In this document: one piece after another, positions 1 to 8,547 of the stretch
Numbering within the stretch: the first letter of the stretch is position 1
Layout: every line of letters starts with the position of its first letter
IMG/VR virus record: IMGVR_UViG_3300045738_001221
Span: 1 to 64,000 of that record
Reading direction: 5' to 3' (one strand)
Length of the DNA: 64,000 bases
DNA from: a virus
The notes under the pieces: model-generated
What the model was told of the DNA's origin: nothing
What the model saw: the letters and a program-made list of their open reading frames with translations, nothing else
Database searches by the model: none
Made by a program: the position numbers and the translations under genes

Positions 1-1
1 T

Positions 2-382
2 GATGGACAAAAACAAACAGTCAATCATATCTATCACTTCCTGCGTGACCTGCTTTATAAGTATGATACGGGAGACTTTCTATGTAATGGAATGAAACCC
101 TCACAGACAGACTTAAAGAGCATGATACGGTACTTAGAGACTAACTTCCCTCCAGACATGCTGGAGCATGAAATGGGAGATGAAGATGAGGAACAATTAA
201 GGTTATTTGAAAATGAGGGTGGCTCTACTTACTCAGAGCATATGCAAGATAACCTAGAGCCTATAGATGATTCGACAGCAATGGTATCAGGCTGTTGTGC
301 TGTGAAGATTCTTGATGGAGATATTTGCTCTGATTGTAAAGAGCATTGTGAGCCTATTCCAGAAGGAGATGAAGATGGCTAA
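2..382 (+). CDS. Acidic hypothetical protein with C-terminal Cys cluster, 5'-truncated by window edge
   Basis: Frame of ORF 92..382 stays open back to position 2; C-terminal GCC...CSDCKEHC putative Zn site. Confidence 0.6.
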   Translation, partial: DGQKQTVNHIYHFLRDLLYKYDTGDFLCNGMKPSQTDLKSMIRYLETNFPPDMLEHEMGDEDEEQLRLFENEGGSTYSEHMQDNLEPIDDSTAMVSGCCAVKILDGDICSDCKEHCEPIPEGDEDG

Positions 383-584
383 CTTCTGTTACGATTGTAC
401 TAAAGATATTCTTGGTGTAGACCCAACATGGAATGACTTTGCAAGGGGCAGCACGATTCCAGAAGATGAGTTCTGGAAGGTATTGTGTGAGGGTTGCGGG
501 GTAGTAGTTGTAGACAGCAACGGAAAGAAAGTTGATGATATGCTCCTTAAATTTTCACCAAGGATAGATGAAGATGAAAATTAG
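375..584 (+). CDS. Small Zn-binding phage protein (CxxC...CxxC)
   Basis: AAGGAG RBS at 363-368, ATG 375; FCYDC and LCEGCG motifs. Confidence 0.65.
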   Translation: MANFCYDCTKDILGVDPTWNDFARGSTIPEDEFWKVLCEGCGVVVVDSNGKKVDDMLLKFSPRIDEDEN

Positions 585-699
585 ATGCCCAAGATGCGAC
601 ACTTGTGGATTTGAAGAAGATGAAAACTATGAACATTCCACCTGTTCGGTTTGCTTGGGGATGGGATCACTAGAGATACATGGGGAAGATGAAGAATAG
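574..699 (+). CDS. 41-aa Zn-finger microprotein (not in ORF track)
   Basis: Manual translation MKIRCPRCDTCGFEEDENYEHSTCSVCLGMGSLEIHGEDEE; DnaJ-type CxxCxGxG motif; overlaps upstream gene end. Confidence 0.55.
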   Translation: MKIRCPRCDTCGFEEDENYEHSTCSVCLGMGSLEIHGEDEE

Positions 700-712
700 A
701 GTCATTTTATTC

Positions 713-741
713 TTGACTTTTTCATAGCAACATGGTATAAT
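713..741 (+). promoter_or_regulatory. Consensus sigma70 promoter with extended -10
   Basis: TTGACT (713-718), 17-nt spacer, TG-n, TATAAT (736-741). Confidence 0.85.
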
Positions 742-784
742 AGAGTATGGTGGTAGATTTCTTTTTATCAACAAGGAGTTCAGT

Positions 785-889
785 ATGAACTATCCAACTT
801 ATAGTAACTATAACTACTATTACGCTCCGCAAGGAGTGTACTACAGTTATTGGGGGTACTATCCATATTACGCAAGTAGGGGAATGTAA
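785..889 (+). CDS. 34-aa tyrosine-rich peptide
   Basis: AAGGAG RBS then MNYPTYSNYNYYYAPQGVYYSYWGYYPYYASRGM; first ORF after the strong promoter. Confidence 0.55.
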   Translation: MNYPTYSNYNYYYAPQGVYYSYWGYYPYYASRGM

Positions 890-891
890 AG

Positions 892-1062
892 ATGCTTAAA
901 TCTGTTGCAATAGACATGAATCCCCCATGCTCCGGCGAAATGATAGAGTATGTCGTCATCGAGATAGAGCATGAGGATGGACGCTGTGAGCATCTGTTCT
1001 TTGATGAAGAAGAACTAATTAATGCTGCTGCGTTGGCAGAGAAAGGCTGTTTACATGATTAA
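892..1062 (+). CDS. 56-aa hypothetical protein, paralog of next gene
   Basis: Manual translation ends ...FDEEELINAAALAEKGCLHD. Confidence 0.6.
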   Translation: MLKSVAIDMNPPCSGEMIEYVVIEIEHEDGRCEHLFFDEEELINAAALAEKGCLHD

Positions 1063-1213
1063 GAAAACTGTAATAGTTAACACTCCCGCCACCAATGAAC
1101 CGCACCTACAGTACCTGACCATAGAGTTTGACGATGGAACATACGTCAATCTTGATGAAGAAGAACTAAAGAACGCTGCTATACTGGCAGAGAAAGGGTG
1201 TTTACATGCCTAA
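1055..1213 (+). CDS. 52-aa hypothetical protein, paralog of previous gene
   Basis: Ends ...LDEEELKNAAILAEKGCLHA; ATG overlaps the end of the previous gene. Confidence 0.6.
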   Translation: MIKKTVIVNTPATNEPHLQYLTIEFDDGTYVNLDEEELKNAAILAEKGCLHA

Positions 1214-1529
1214 AGTAGAAGGAACATACTCACACAGCATGACTAAAGAAGAAGCTGTGGACGCATCTAAGAAAGCAATAACCAAGCTGTTTGCTTCTTT
1301 TGAAGCCACAGATACCAGCCTTGTCTCTGACGGTGAAGACAACGTGGGATTTTCCTGTCTCAGTAGAGGTATGAAAATTTCTGGAAAGATTACTGTCGGA
1401 CAGGATGAAGTTAAGGCAACCGTTGATCTACCAATGATGGCGTTTGCTTTTAAGGGATTGGTTCAGGCTGCTATTGACAAACATATTCCGAAACACCTAG
1501 AGAAAGGGATATTGGATGCCAACGAGTAA
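1206..1529 (+). CDS. Putative polyhydroxyalkanoic-acid-system (PHA_gran_rgn)-like protein
   Basis: ~100 aa; N-terminal HSMTKEEA, G-x-I-x-V strand and V-x-V-D-L-P...AFAFKG pattern typical of this family. Confidence 0.55.
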   Translation: MPKVEGTYSHSMTKEEAVDASKKAITKLFASFEATDTSLVSDGEDNVGFSCLSRGMKISGKITVGQDEVKATVDLPMMAFAFKGLVQAAIDKHIPKHLEKGILDANE

Positions 1530-1701
1530 AGATGAAGCAATTAAAATAAAGCAAATTATAGATGAATACTTAACTAAGGATGAGGCTGTGGAAATTACGC
1601 TTCGACTCTGTAATGAGGTTGGAAAAAACACTGACAATAATTCACTAAAGACCAGTCTATTTATGCTTAAAAAGTTATACGAAGGAGAGCAACGTGAGTG
1701 A
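1516..1701 (+). CDS. Hypothetical protein
   Basis: Overlapping start/stop with neighbours. Confidence 0.55.
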   Translation: MPTSKDEAIKIKQIIDEYLTKDEAVEITLRLCNEVGKNTDNNSLKTSLFMLKKLYEGEQRE

Positions 1702-2137
1702 ATCGCTAAAAAGAATCGTAGTGGACTGTGATGGTGTTATTGCCGGTAAAGACAATGGTGGAGACTATGCGAAAGCACCACCCTTGAAGCATGGCATAAA
1801 ACAGGTAAACAAACTATATGCTATGGGATATGAGATAGTTCTGTATACGGCACGATACGGCGATAGAGAAGGCGGGAACATTCACATGCAGTATGGTCGT
1901 GGGTATAGAGAGTGGACAGACTGGCTAGAAAAGCATGGGGTTAAATATCATTACGCCTTCATGGGCAAACCAGCGGGGGTTCTTTACATTGATGACAAGG
2001 CGGCTAGGGTCAGAGGAAATGACACAGATGGGTGGTCTGAGGTTTGGAAAGAAGTTGAGGACTTAAAGGGTAGGGATAAGTACGGAAATCACTATACCGA
2101 AGAACAAATAAGTTATTGGGATGGGTTTATTGGGTAA
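1694..2137 (+). CDS. Small HAD-superfamily phosphatase (capsule-biosynthesis-phosphatase-like)
   Basis: DCDGVI motif I, LYTAR motif II, GKP...YIDDKA motifs III/IV. Confidence 0.8.
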   Translation: MSESLKRIVVDCDGVIAGKDNGGDYAKAPPLKHGIKQVNKLYAMGYEIVLYTARYGDREGGNIHMQYGRGYREWTDWLEKHGVKYHYAFMGKPAGVLYIDDKAARVRGNDTDGWSEVWKEVEDLKGRDKYGNHYTEEQISYWDGFIG

Positions 2138-2154
2138 GGATAGGTGGTTTTGAA

Positions 2155-2337
2155 ATGGAAAATCTCTCAGCTCGGTTCGCACCAAATCAAGTTTTTTGGG
2201 ACGTTCAACATCAGGGCTACTACTTTTGGGATGAGTCCGAGATGCCCGTAGGATGGTGGGATACAAAAGATGAGGCGGTTCTCGCATACGAAGAATACTG
2301 CTACAGCCTCTCTAGGGACGAATCCCCCAAAGAATAG
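2155..2337 (+). CDS. Hypothetical protein
   Basis: AGGTGG RBS, aromatic-rich 60 aa. Confidence 0.5.
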   Translation: MENLSARFAPNQVFWDVQHQGYYFWDESEMPVGWWDTKDEAVLAYEEYCYSLSRDESPKE

Positions 2338-2339
2338 GA

Positions 2340-2411
2340 GGGGCGTTAGTTCAACGGATAGAACAGTGGCCTTCTAAGCCTCCGATACAGGTTCGATTCC
2401 TGTACGCCCTA
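2340..2411 (+). tRNA. tRNA-Arg (anticodon TCT, reads AGA); CCA not encoded
   Basis: Acceptor GGGGCGT/ACGCCCT; D-arm GTTC-AACGGATA-GAAC; anticodon loop CT-TCT-AA; T-arm ACAGG-TTCGATT-CCTGT. Confidence 0.92.
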
Positions 2412-2460
2412 CTTGTATCACCTAATCTATTTTCTTGCAAAGAATCCACCGGAATAATAC

Positions 2461-2802
2461 ATGAAGGCCGAAATATCAAGAGTCCAGCTAGACATTGACT
2501 ATAAATGTCCAAACTGTTACCTGCACTTTCGCCTGAGTAACGATGCGGTTCCCTATAAAGATGAAATCAGAATGGAGTGTGTAGAATGTCGTGAGAATTT
2601 GACGATACCCATTTTAAGCAAGCACAATAAAGAAAATAACGAAGTTAAATCGCGCGCCAGAAATGCTCTGGTCGCTCAGGGTTTTTCTTCTATCGAAGCT
2701 ACGCAACTTATTGATAAATCATATCTCCAAGGTATTTCCGTGGCTGATCTAATCAAGGAGTCAATTAAAAATGTCAGACAATCTTCGACCACAAAAGTTT
2801 GA
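2461..2802 (+). CDS. Zn-ribbon fused to RuvA C-terminal (domain III)-like helical bundle
   Basis: CPNC...CVEC, then ARNALVAQGFSSIEATQLIDK...SVADLIKESIK matching the RuvA-CTD pattern (A..ALVALG...EA......LIREAL); overlaps ruvB start. Confidence 0.7.
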   Translation: MKAEISRVQLDIDYKCPNCYLHFRLSNDAVPYKDEIRMECVECRENLTIPILSKHNKENNEVKSRARNALVAQGFSSIEATQLIDKSYLQGISVADLIKESIKNVRQSSTTKV

Positions 2803-3742
2803 TGATCTTATTGGTCAGAGTGAGATTATCAACAACCTGAGAATATCCGTCAAGTCTGCTATTGTTCGACAAGATGTGCTACCTCATTGTCTTTTCTATG
2901 GCGGTGCTGGTCTGGGTAAGACTACGCTTGCCAGAGCCTTGGCCAATGAACTTAATGCTCCCATCCAGATAGCTAACGGGGCAAGCCTCGCAACGAATAA
3001 GGACGTTCTTCCTTATCTTATGAAGGTGGAAAGGGGTTCTATATTCTTTATAGACGAGATTCATAGAGTAGGAAAAAAAGTTCAAGAGTATTTGCTTACC
3101 GTGATAGAGGATTTTAGACTAGACATGGTAATCCCTGCTAGTAAGAATAGTCAAGGAGAAACAATCAGCATTGATATACCTAAGTTTTGCTTTGTCGGAG
3201 CTACGACAGAGATGGGTGATTTAGTTCAACCTTTTCTTGACCGCTTCAAGTTAAAGCATTTCATCAGACCTTATAGTGGAGAAGAACTGTGTAGTTTGAT
3301 TTCTATAAATGCCGAAAAATTAAAAGTTGCCATTTCAGACGACGCAATAAAAATTATTTCTGGAGTTAGCAGGGGAGTGCCTCGAATAGCTAACAATTTT
3401 CTGGAGTGGACTAGAGACTATAAAATAGCGAACAATATAGACTGTCTGCAAGAATCAGAGGTAATTAAGGCTATAGAAATGCAAGGTGTTGACAAAAATG
3501 GACTGAATCCCATAGATAGAAACTACCTTGATGTTCTCAAAAAGTTGTCGCAAGAAGCGCCAGTCGGTGTAAGTACATTATGTAGTGCATTAAATATAGA
3601 CAGACAGACAATCGAGCAGAAAATTGAGCCGTGGCTTATTCAAAAAGGCTACATATCCAAGACGCCGAGAGGTCGCATATTGGTCGGAGAAAAAAAGAGT
3701 GAAAAAGAAAAACTCATTGAACGATTCATGGGACAACATTAA
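2771..3742 (+). CDS. ruvB: Holliday junction branch-migration ATPase RuvB
   Basis: LRPQKFDDLIGQ, Walker A GGAGLGKT, FFIDEIHR, GATT, PFLDRF, IEPWLIQKGYISKTPRGR. Confidence 0.95.
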   Translation: MSDNLRPQKFDDLIGQSEIINNLRISVKSAIVRQDVLPHCLFYGGAGLGKTTLARALANELNAPIQIANGASLATNKDVLPYLMKVERGSIFFIDEIHRVGKKVQEYLLTVIEDFRLDMVIPASKNSQGETISIDIPKFCFVGATTEMGDLVQPFLDRFKLKHFIRPYSGEELCSLISINAEKLKVAISDDAIKIISGVSRGVPRIANNFLEWTRDYKIANNIDCLQESEVIKAIEMQGVDKNGLNPIDRNYLDVLKKLSQEAPVGVSTLCSALNIDRQTIEQKIEPWLIQKGYISKTPRGRILVGEKKSEKEKLIERFMGQH

Positions 3743-3861
3743 TAAAAAAATTATCTTGGGAATGTTGATTCTTCTTCCCCTTGCTCTGCTTGCTATGCTT
3801 GTCTGCTCTCTTTTTATTCGGCTGAGTTAGACAATATAGCAACTTGCAAAGGAGATACAAC

Positions 3862-5097
3862 ATGGACTGGGAACAGTTACACAGTGAATCAACGATTGTT
3901 GACTTGCACTCTCATCCTTCTCTAAAGGCTTCTGTTTTTCATCGTGATCTTGGTAGCACTAAAGACAAGTTCCTTTCTAGGTTTTTTAAGGAAAAGTTCT
4001 GGCCGTTCAGTGGCAGGGTTACGTTCCCTAAAATGGAAAAAGGGGGCGTTGACGTTCTGCTGTCTACCGCATATATTCTAGAGCAGGGCTGGATAGATGA
4101 TATATCTCTAATTAAATGGCTGTTCTGGCTATTTCCTAGTGTGAGAGAAAGAATTGTAGACCCTTCATATTTTGACGCAACAAACAATATGATGGATGAC
4201 ATGGAAAACCAGATTTCTTCCTATAACATCAACAGAGATGAGGAGGCACGACACGCTACGCTTGCAACAGACAGAGAGGAACTAGCAGAGGCTATTGCTG
4301 CTGGCGACATGTGTGTCATTCACTCAATAGAGGGCGCACACAGTCTACAGGGAAACGAGGCAGGTAAGGTAATGTCCGATGAAATTATGTCTCATCCAGA
4401 GGCTATTGAGGCAGAAGTGCTAAATAATTTAGAGCATTTCTTTAACAGGGGCGTAGCCTACTTGGGTCTTGCTCATTTTTACCCAAACTATTGCGCATCT
4501 CCCGTTTTTCCTTATCCTGAATACGGGGCCACGCACCTCAAGTGGCGGGAAATCTTGGGAAGGTGGGACGAAACCGAGGGATTGACCCGACTGGGCGTAA
4601 AAGTTGTAGAAAAAATGCTTGAATTAGGGATGCTGATAGACATTTCCCACTGCACCCTTGCTGCCAGAAAGCAGATATATGAACTTGTTGCTCTACACGG
4701 CAAGTCAGAGTGCCTCATGGCTACCCATGTGGGGGCGTTTGAAATAAATCCTGTTTCCTACAACCTACAGGACTGGGAAATAAAATGGTTGGCAGAGCAT
4801 GGGTGTGTTGTGGGTATAATTTTTATGAACTATTGGATTTCTCCGGTTGATAGTGGACTGGGCTTAAAATATATAGAACGAACCCTCAACCATATAATTA
4901 ATGTATGCGGAACCGACACCGCCGCTATCGGCACAGACTTTGATGGATTTACCGACCCTCCCGATGAAATTGTAGATATATCCGAGCTTCCTCGCCTTAC
5001 GAGCTACCTTAAAGGGCTAGATTATAGTGATGATATTGTTGATAAATTTTTAGGGAAAAATGCTCTCCGATTATTGTATAATGGATGGCATCGTTAG
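3862..5097 (+). CDS. Membrane dipeptidase family M19 (amidohydrolase fold)
   Basis: IVDLHSH, SIEGAH, MLIDISH, IGTDFDG, KFLGKNALR; AAGGAG RBS before ATG 3862. Confidence 0.85.
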   Translation: MDWEQLHSESTIVDLHSHPSLKASVFHRDLGSTKDKFLSRFFKEKFWPFSGRVTFPKMEKGGVDVLLSTAYILEQGWIDDISLIKWLFWLFPSVRERIVDPSYFDATNNMMDDMENQISSYNINRDEEARHATLATDREELAEAIAAGDMCVIHSIEGAHSLQGNEAGKVMSDEIMSHPEAIEAEVLNNLEHFFNRGVAYLGLAHFYPNYCASPVFPYPEYGATHLKWREILGRWDETEGLTRLGVKVVEKMLELGMLIDISHCTLAARKQIYELVALHGKSECLMATHVGAFEINPVSYNLQDWEIKWLAEHGCVVGIIFMNYWISPVDSGLGLKYIERTLNHIINVCGTDTAAIGTDFDGFTDPPDEIVDISELPRLTSYLKGLDYSDDIVDKFLGKNALRLLYNGWHR

Positions 5098-5121
5098 TAG
5101 CCCAAAGACACTATAACAAGG

Positions 5122-5505
5122 ATGAAGAATATGAAATTTTTTTTGAATTACAGAAAAGTTTTTTTCTTTCTTCTGCTAATCCCTATTTTTGTTTTAGTTT
5201 ATGAAATAAGAACAACATTAATTGATACCAGACAAGCTCAAGGAGAGCTATTTATTCTCAATGCTCAAAGGGCTTCTAACCAACGTACAATTATGGGTCT
5301 GGAAACCAGAATACTTCATTATGTAGAAGATCACGAAGGTTCAGGCTATGTGATGGGTGGATGCCCCTTGTGTTTCAAAAATATGCTTATGGAAAAATAC
5401 GACCATGAGTTAATCAGAAAATTTCTAAGAGAAAATGGGGTGGACGTTCAGGGCTTTATGGATAATGAGTTTGACGAAGAAGAATATCAGGAATCTCTCG
5501 AATGA
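5122..5505 (+). CDS. Membrane-anchored protein with H..H..CxxC motif (paralog of 40368..40715)
   Basis: N-terminal hydrophobic helix; RILHYVEDH...GCPLC. Confidence 0.6.
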   Translation: MKNMKFFLNYRKVFFFLLLIPIFVLVYEIRTTLIDTRQAQGELFILNAQRASNQRTIMGLETRILHYVEDHEGSGYVMGGCPLCFKNMLMEKYDHELIRKFLRENGVDVQGFMDNEFDEEEYQESLE

Positions 5506-5807
5506 CATATGCTTACAGGGCAAAATTGATTAGGTGTGTGGATGGAGATACGGCAGACTTAGCAGTTGATCTTGGATTTTATTTAACAGCTAAAATAAGG
5601 TGTAGGCTCACTGGAATAGACACTCCCGAAAGAGGAAGGGAGGGCTTCACTGAGGCCACCAAAATGCTAGAGAGCCTAATATCAGAACAATCAGATGAAG
5701 AAGGATATTTTGAAATAACCACTGGGAAAACTGGCAAATATGGCAGGTGGCTCGTTACCATAGACGGAGTAAACACCGTCTTAGCAAAAAAATGGCCCTA
5801 TGTGTGA
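5502..5807 (+). CDS. Thermonuclease (staphylococcal nuclease)-like protein
   Basis: VDGDT, RLTGIDTPE, GKYGRWL. Confidence 0.85.
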   Translation: MTYAYRAKLIRCVDGDTADLAVDLGFYLTAKIRCRLTGIDTPERGREGFTEATKMLESLISEQSDEEGYFEITTGKTGKYGRWLVTIDGVNTVLAKKWPYV

Positions 5808-5967
5808 ATTTGATGAAAACTTAAAAGACCTTTTTGTTAATCTGCAAAAACTCTCCACAGAATATCCAGATAAGATAGATGTATATGTTGATGATGATGG
5901 AGAGATAGAATTTGAAGTTGAATTTGATTTCTTTTTTGAAAATTTAGAAAAAATCTTTGGATTTTAG
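5800..5967 (+). CDS. 55-aa acidic hypothetical protein (not in ORF track)
   Basis: Manual translation MCEFDENLKDLFVNLQKLSTEYPDKIDVYVDDDGEIEFEVEFDFFFENLEKIFGF; overlaps previous stop. Confidence 0.45.
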   Translation: MCEFDENLKDLFVNLQKLSTEYPDKIDVYVDDDGEIEFEVEFDFFFENLEKIFGF

Positions 5968-5988
5968 ATTTTTTTGACTTAAAAAACG

Positions 5989-6061
5989 CTACGGTTGGCA
6001 ACTCACTCGGGGCACGCGAGTTATCCCCTACGGTTCCGTCTTTTGATGGGGCACGCGAGTT
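5989..6061 (+). repeat. Tandem pair (39-bp period) of bipartite motif CTACGGTT-N12-GGGGCACGCGAGTT
   Basis: Copies at 5989-6022 and 6028-6061 in an intergenic gap flanked by T- and A-tracts. Confidence 0.85.
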
Positions 6062-6098
6062 TATATCAATAAAGGTCAAACAAAAAGAAAAGAAAAAA

Positions 6099-6106
6099 GG
6101 TATAAT
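6099..6106 (+). promoter_or_regulatory. Putative -10 element GGTATAAT
   Basis: TATAAT ~35 nt upstream of ATG 6142, preceded by an A-tract. Confidence 0.55.
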
Positions 6107-6141
6107 AGATTAGAAACCACTGAGTCATAAGGGACAAAATA

Positions 6142-6723
6142 ATGGCCGATTCACCAGTTACGACGACCGCCACGATAAAGGCAGACGTTGTCTTTAGTCA
6201 GCAACAAACCTACGGATTTTCAGCAAGCAACCTTATGTTACAAGGTTCTACAGATTACTCCGTATCACTTGTTTCAGGTTCTGGCATCGAAGTAAGAGAA
6301 ATAGATTCAATTTTTAACATAGGAGGCTTGTCGATAGCTAGTGGAGCAACCGGAGTATATGACCTGAGAAGTCTGTCTCAGTCCTCCTTCGGCACTTCAT
6401 ATTCTGTTCCTCTCAGCGGCCTTAAGGGACTAATTATAAGAAACCACGCAACTGGCGTGAACGAAATGCTAACATTAAAAGCAACGGGAACAAACGCTTT
6501 TACAAATTTATTTCACGGGGGAACTGGTGGCCCGGTAGGAGTTAAAATACCCCCCGGAGGAGCATATTTCTATAGCGATCCTTTCTGGGGAACGCCGGTA
6601 ACGGCATCAAACAGTGTTTTGAATTTGATTAATGTGGGAAGCGGCTCTGGAATCAATAATTACAATACCGGAATACAAGTAAGTATAATTATAGCCGGAA
6701 CATCCGGCACTGGAGGTTATTAA
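6142..6723 (+). CDS. G/S/T-rich beta-type protein, possibly a virion structural protein
   Basis: Composition typical of virion proteins; no recognised motif. Confidence 0.5.
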   Translation: MADSPVTTTATIKADVVFSQQQTYGFSASNLMLQGSTDYSVSLVSGSGIEVREIDSIFNIGGLSIASGATGVYDLRSLSQSSFGTSYSVPLSGLKGLIIRNHATGVNEMLTLKATGTNAFTNLFHGGTGGPVGVKIPPGGAYFYSDPFWGTPVTASNSVLNLINVGSGSGINNYNTGIQVSIIIAGTSGTGGY

Positions 6724-6725
6724 AA

Positions 6726-7343
6726 ATGAACGACAATAAAAAGACTGCGCTACCCAAGAAAGCGCCCCATAGCGGATACAAAGTATTTGTTTTACAAACA
6801 GATGAAGATGGCAAAAGGGCTATGGAAACCAGAGACAGCATTAAGAGGTACGAAAAAGACTTCAATGTGATGATTATAAAGGAACCCTATGGGCTAGAGG
6901 GCGTTAAGGGTCTAGCCGCAGTTCCTCTTCTTATAAACTTTAATGGAGAAGCGATTGTTGTCACCGATCAGGTTCTTTGTATTGGAAACTTTGCGCCTCT
7001 GTTCTTCAATAAGCCGACCATATCATTTGCTGCCGGTCTTTCTTACAATGTTTGCTTAGTGCAGCCGTGGGGAGGCGACCCGTTGGATATCCACTGGCAC
7101 TTCTCAGAAAAATATTTGGATCTATACAGAAAAAATACGTTAAGTATATTTGAACACATTAAAAACAACTATGACTTTTCAGACATATTCAAGTATAGAA
7201 ATCCTCCTCCCTCCCCAAAAATAGAAAAGCCAAAGGAAAAACCAAGCACCCTTTTCCAAGCCGATGCGAAAAGGAGCCCTGCGGTTGCAATAGAACCAGA
7301 GGTTAATGAAGAAAAGCCTAAGAAGAAGGGGTGGTTTAGGTAA
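6726..7343 (+). CDS. Hypothetical protein
   Basis: ORF track; K/P-rich C-terminus. Confidence 0.6.
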   Translation: MNDNKKTALPKKAPHSGYKVFVLQTDEDGKRAMETRDSIKRYEKDFNVMIIKEPYGLEGVKGLAAVPLLINFNGEAIVVTDQVLCIGNFAPLFFNKPTISFAAGLSYNVCLVQPWGGDPLDIHWHFSEKYLDLYRKNTLSIFEHIKNNYDFSDIFKYRNPPPSPKIEKPKEKPSTLFQADAKRSPAVAIEPEVNEEKPKKKGWFR

Positions 7344-7702
7344 TGAACGAAAATAGGAATTTTGTATCCAAAGGATGGGGATACGAGGATTGGATTGTTA
7401 ACAAGGGTGAATATTGCGGCAAAGTTCTTTTCTTTAAAAAAGGAAAGAAGTGCAGTTGGCACTATCATAAACTAAAGGACGAGACATTTTACATCCAGTC
7501 TGGGAAATTAGAAGTAATCTATGGATGGGATGACAGGAAAACAGAAAGTTTTGTTGAAAGGGCAATCTTGGAAGCGGGCGATAGCTTTCATGTCCCAGTA
7601 GGAATGAGGCATCAAATGACTGGGCTTACGGATGTTACTATGTTTGAGTTCTCAACACAGCACTTCGACAGTGACTCGATTAGGATCATGAAAGGGGATT
7701 GA
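7343..7702 (+). CDS. Cupin-fold sugar isomerase-like protein
   Basis: KGWGYE, SWHYHKLKDETF, HVPVGMRH, EFST. Confidence 0.85.
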   Translation: MNENRNFVSKGWGYEDWIVNKGEYCGKVLFFKKGKKCSWHYHKLKDETFYIQSGKLEVIYGWDDRKTESFVERAILEAGDSFHVPVGMRHQMTGLTDVTMFEFSTQHFDSDSIRIMKGD

Positions 7703-8547
7703 TGAAAGTATTATGGATCTCAGACTACGGACTTCATCATCATCAGGGCGGCGCACAAAGAAGTAATTCTTTAATTATAGAAGAAGGCAAAAAAAGAGGA
7801 CATTCTGTAATAGAATTTAATGTCGATAGCGACGACAGACTTCTTCACCCCGAATATGATCTATTGGTTTCTTCCAATCTAGAAGCTCTGTGCCAAAAGC
7901 CACGACTGGTAGAGTGGACATCAACTTTTCCTAACCATGTTAGGATTGAACATGATTCTAATCGCTATCTGTCTGCGAAGGACAGAAAGCTGTTATTTTC
8001 AAGCTGCAAAAAGAGTTTCTTTTTATCAAACTTTCATCTTCAACAATTCATATCATCATATGGAGATTATTTCACAAATGCTGAGATTATTCCAGACCCG
8101 ATTGATACGAATATGTTTTGCGATAAAAAATTAAAAAGAGAAGACAAAACTCTGTATGTGGGATTCATGCACGAACTAAAAGGAACCAACGAGTTCTTTG
8201 CCCATGTCATAGAAAATCCAGAAGACAGTTTTGTTGTTGCTGGATGGTCTAACGACCCTAAGTTTACCCAAACTTGTGAAATGCTTTCGAATGTTGAATT
8301 TCTAGGCAAAGTAGATTTCTCTAAAATGCCCATTCTTTATAATAAATACAGGTCTTTATTTTACAAACCCACCTTCTATGAACCATACTGCCGCTCCGTA
8401 GCAGAAGCAATATTCTGCGGAATGGAAGTAATGGGAAACGATCTAATAGGATGCCTGCACCACATGCAAGAAGTGGGAAAGGATGAAATGGTTTCGCAAT
8501 GCGGCAGGGCACGCGAGTCTTTTTGGGAGTCGGTAGAATGTCTATAA
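7699..8547 (+). CDS. Glycosyltransferase (GT-B, GT4-like)
   Basis: GGAQRS, YVGFMHELKG, EPYCRSVAEA. Confidence 0.8.
   Translation: MMKVLWISDYGLHHHQGGAQRSNSLIIEEGKKRGHSVIEFNVDSDDRLLHPEYDLLVSSNLEALCQKPRLVEWTSTFPNHVRIEHDSNRYLSAKDRKLLFSSCKKSFFLSNFHLQQFISSYGDYFTNAEIIPDPIDTNMFCDKKLKREDKTLYVGFMHELKGTNEFFAHVIENPEDSFVVAGWSNDPKFTQTCEMLSNVEFLGKVDFSKMPILYNKYRSLFYKPTFYEPYCRSVAEAIFCGMEVMGNDLIGCLHHMQEVGKDEMVSQCGRARESFWESVECL

Noticed and set aside
3624-3830. Small TM ORF overlapping the ruvB end
   Set aside because: The hydrophobic C-terminus is suggestive, but no convincing start or RBS could be placed.
5989-6061. Mini-CRISPR array
   Set aside because: Only two units with 12-nt variable parts and no cas operon; the Cas4-like gene sits in the replication module.
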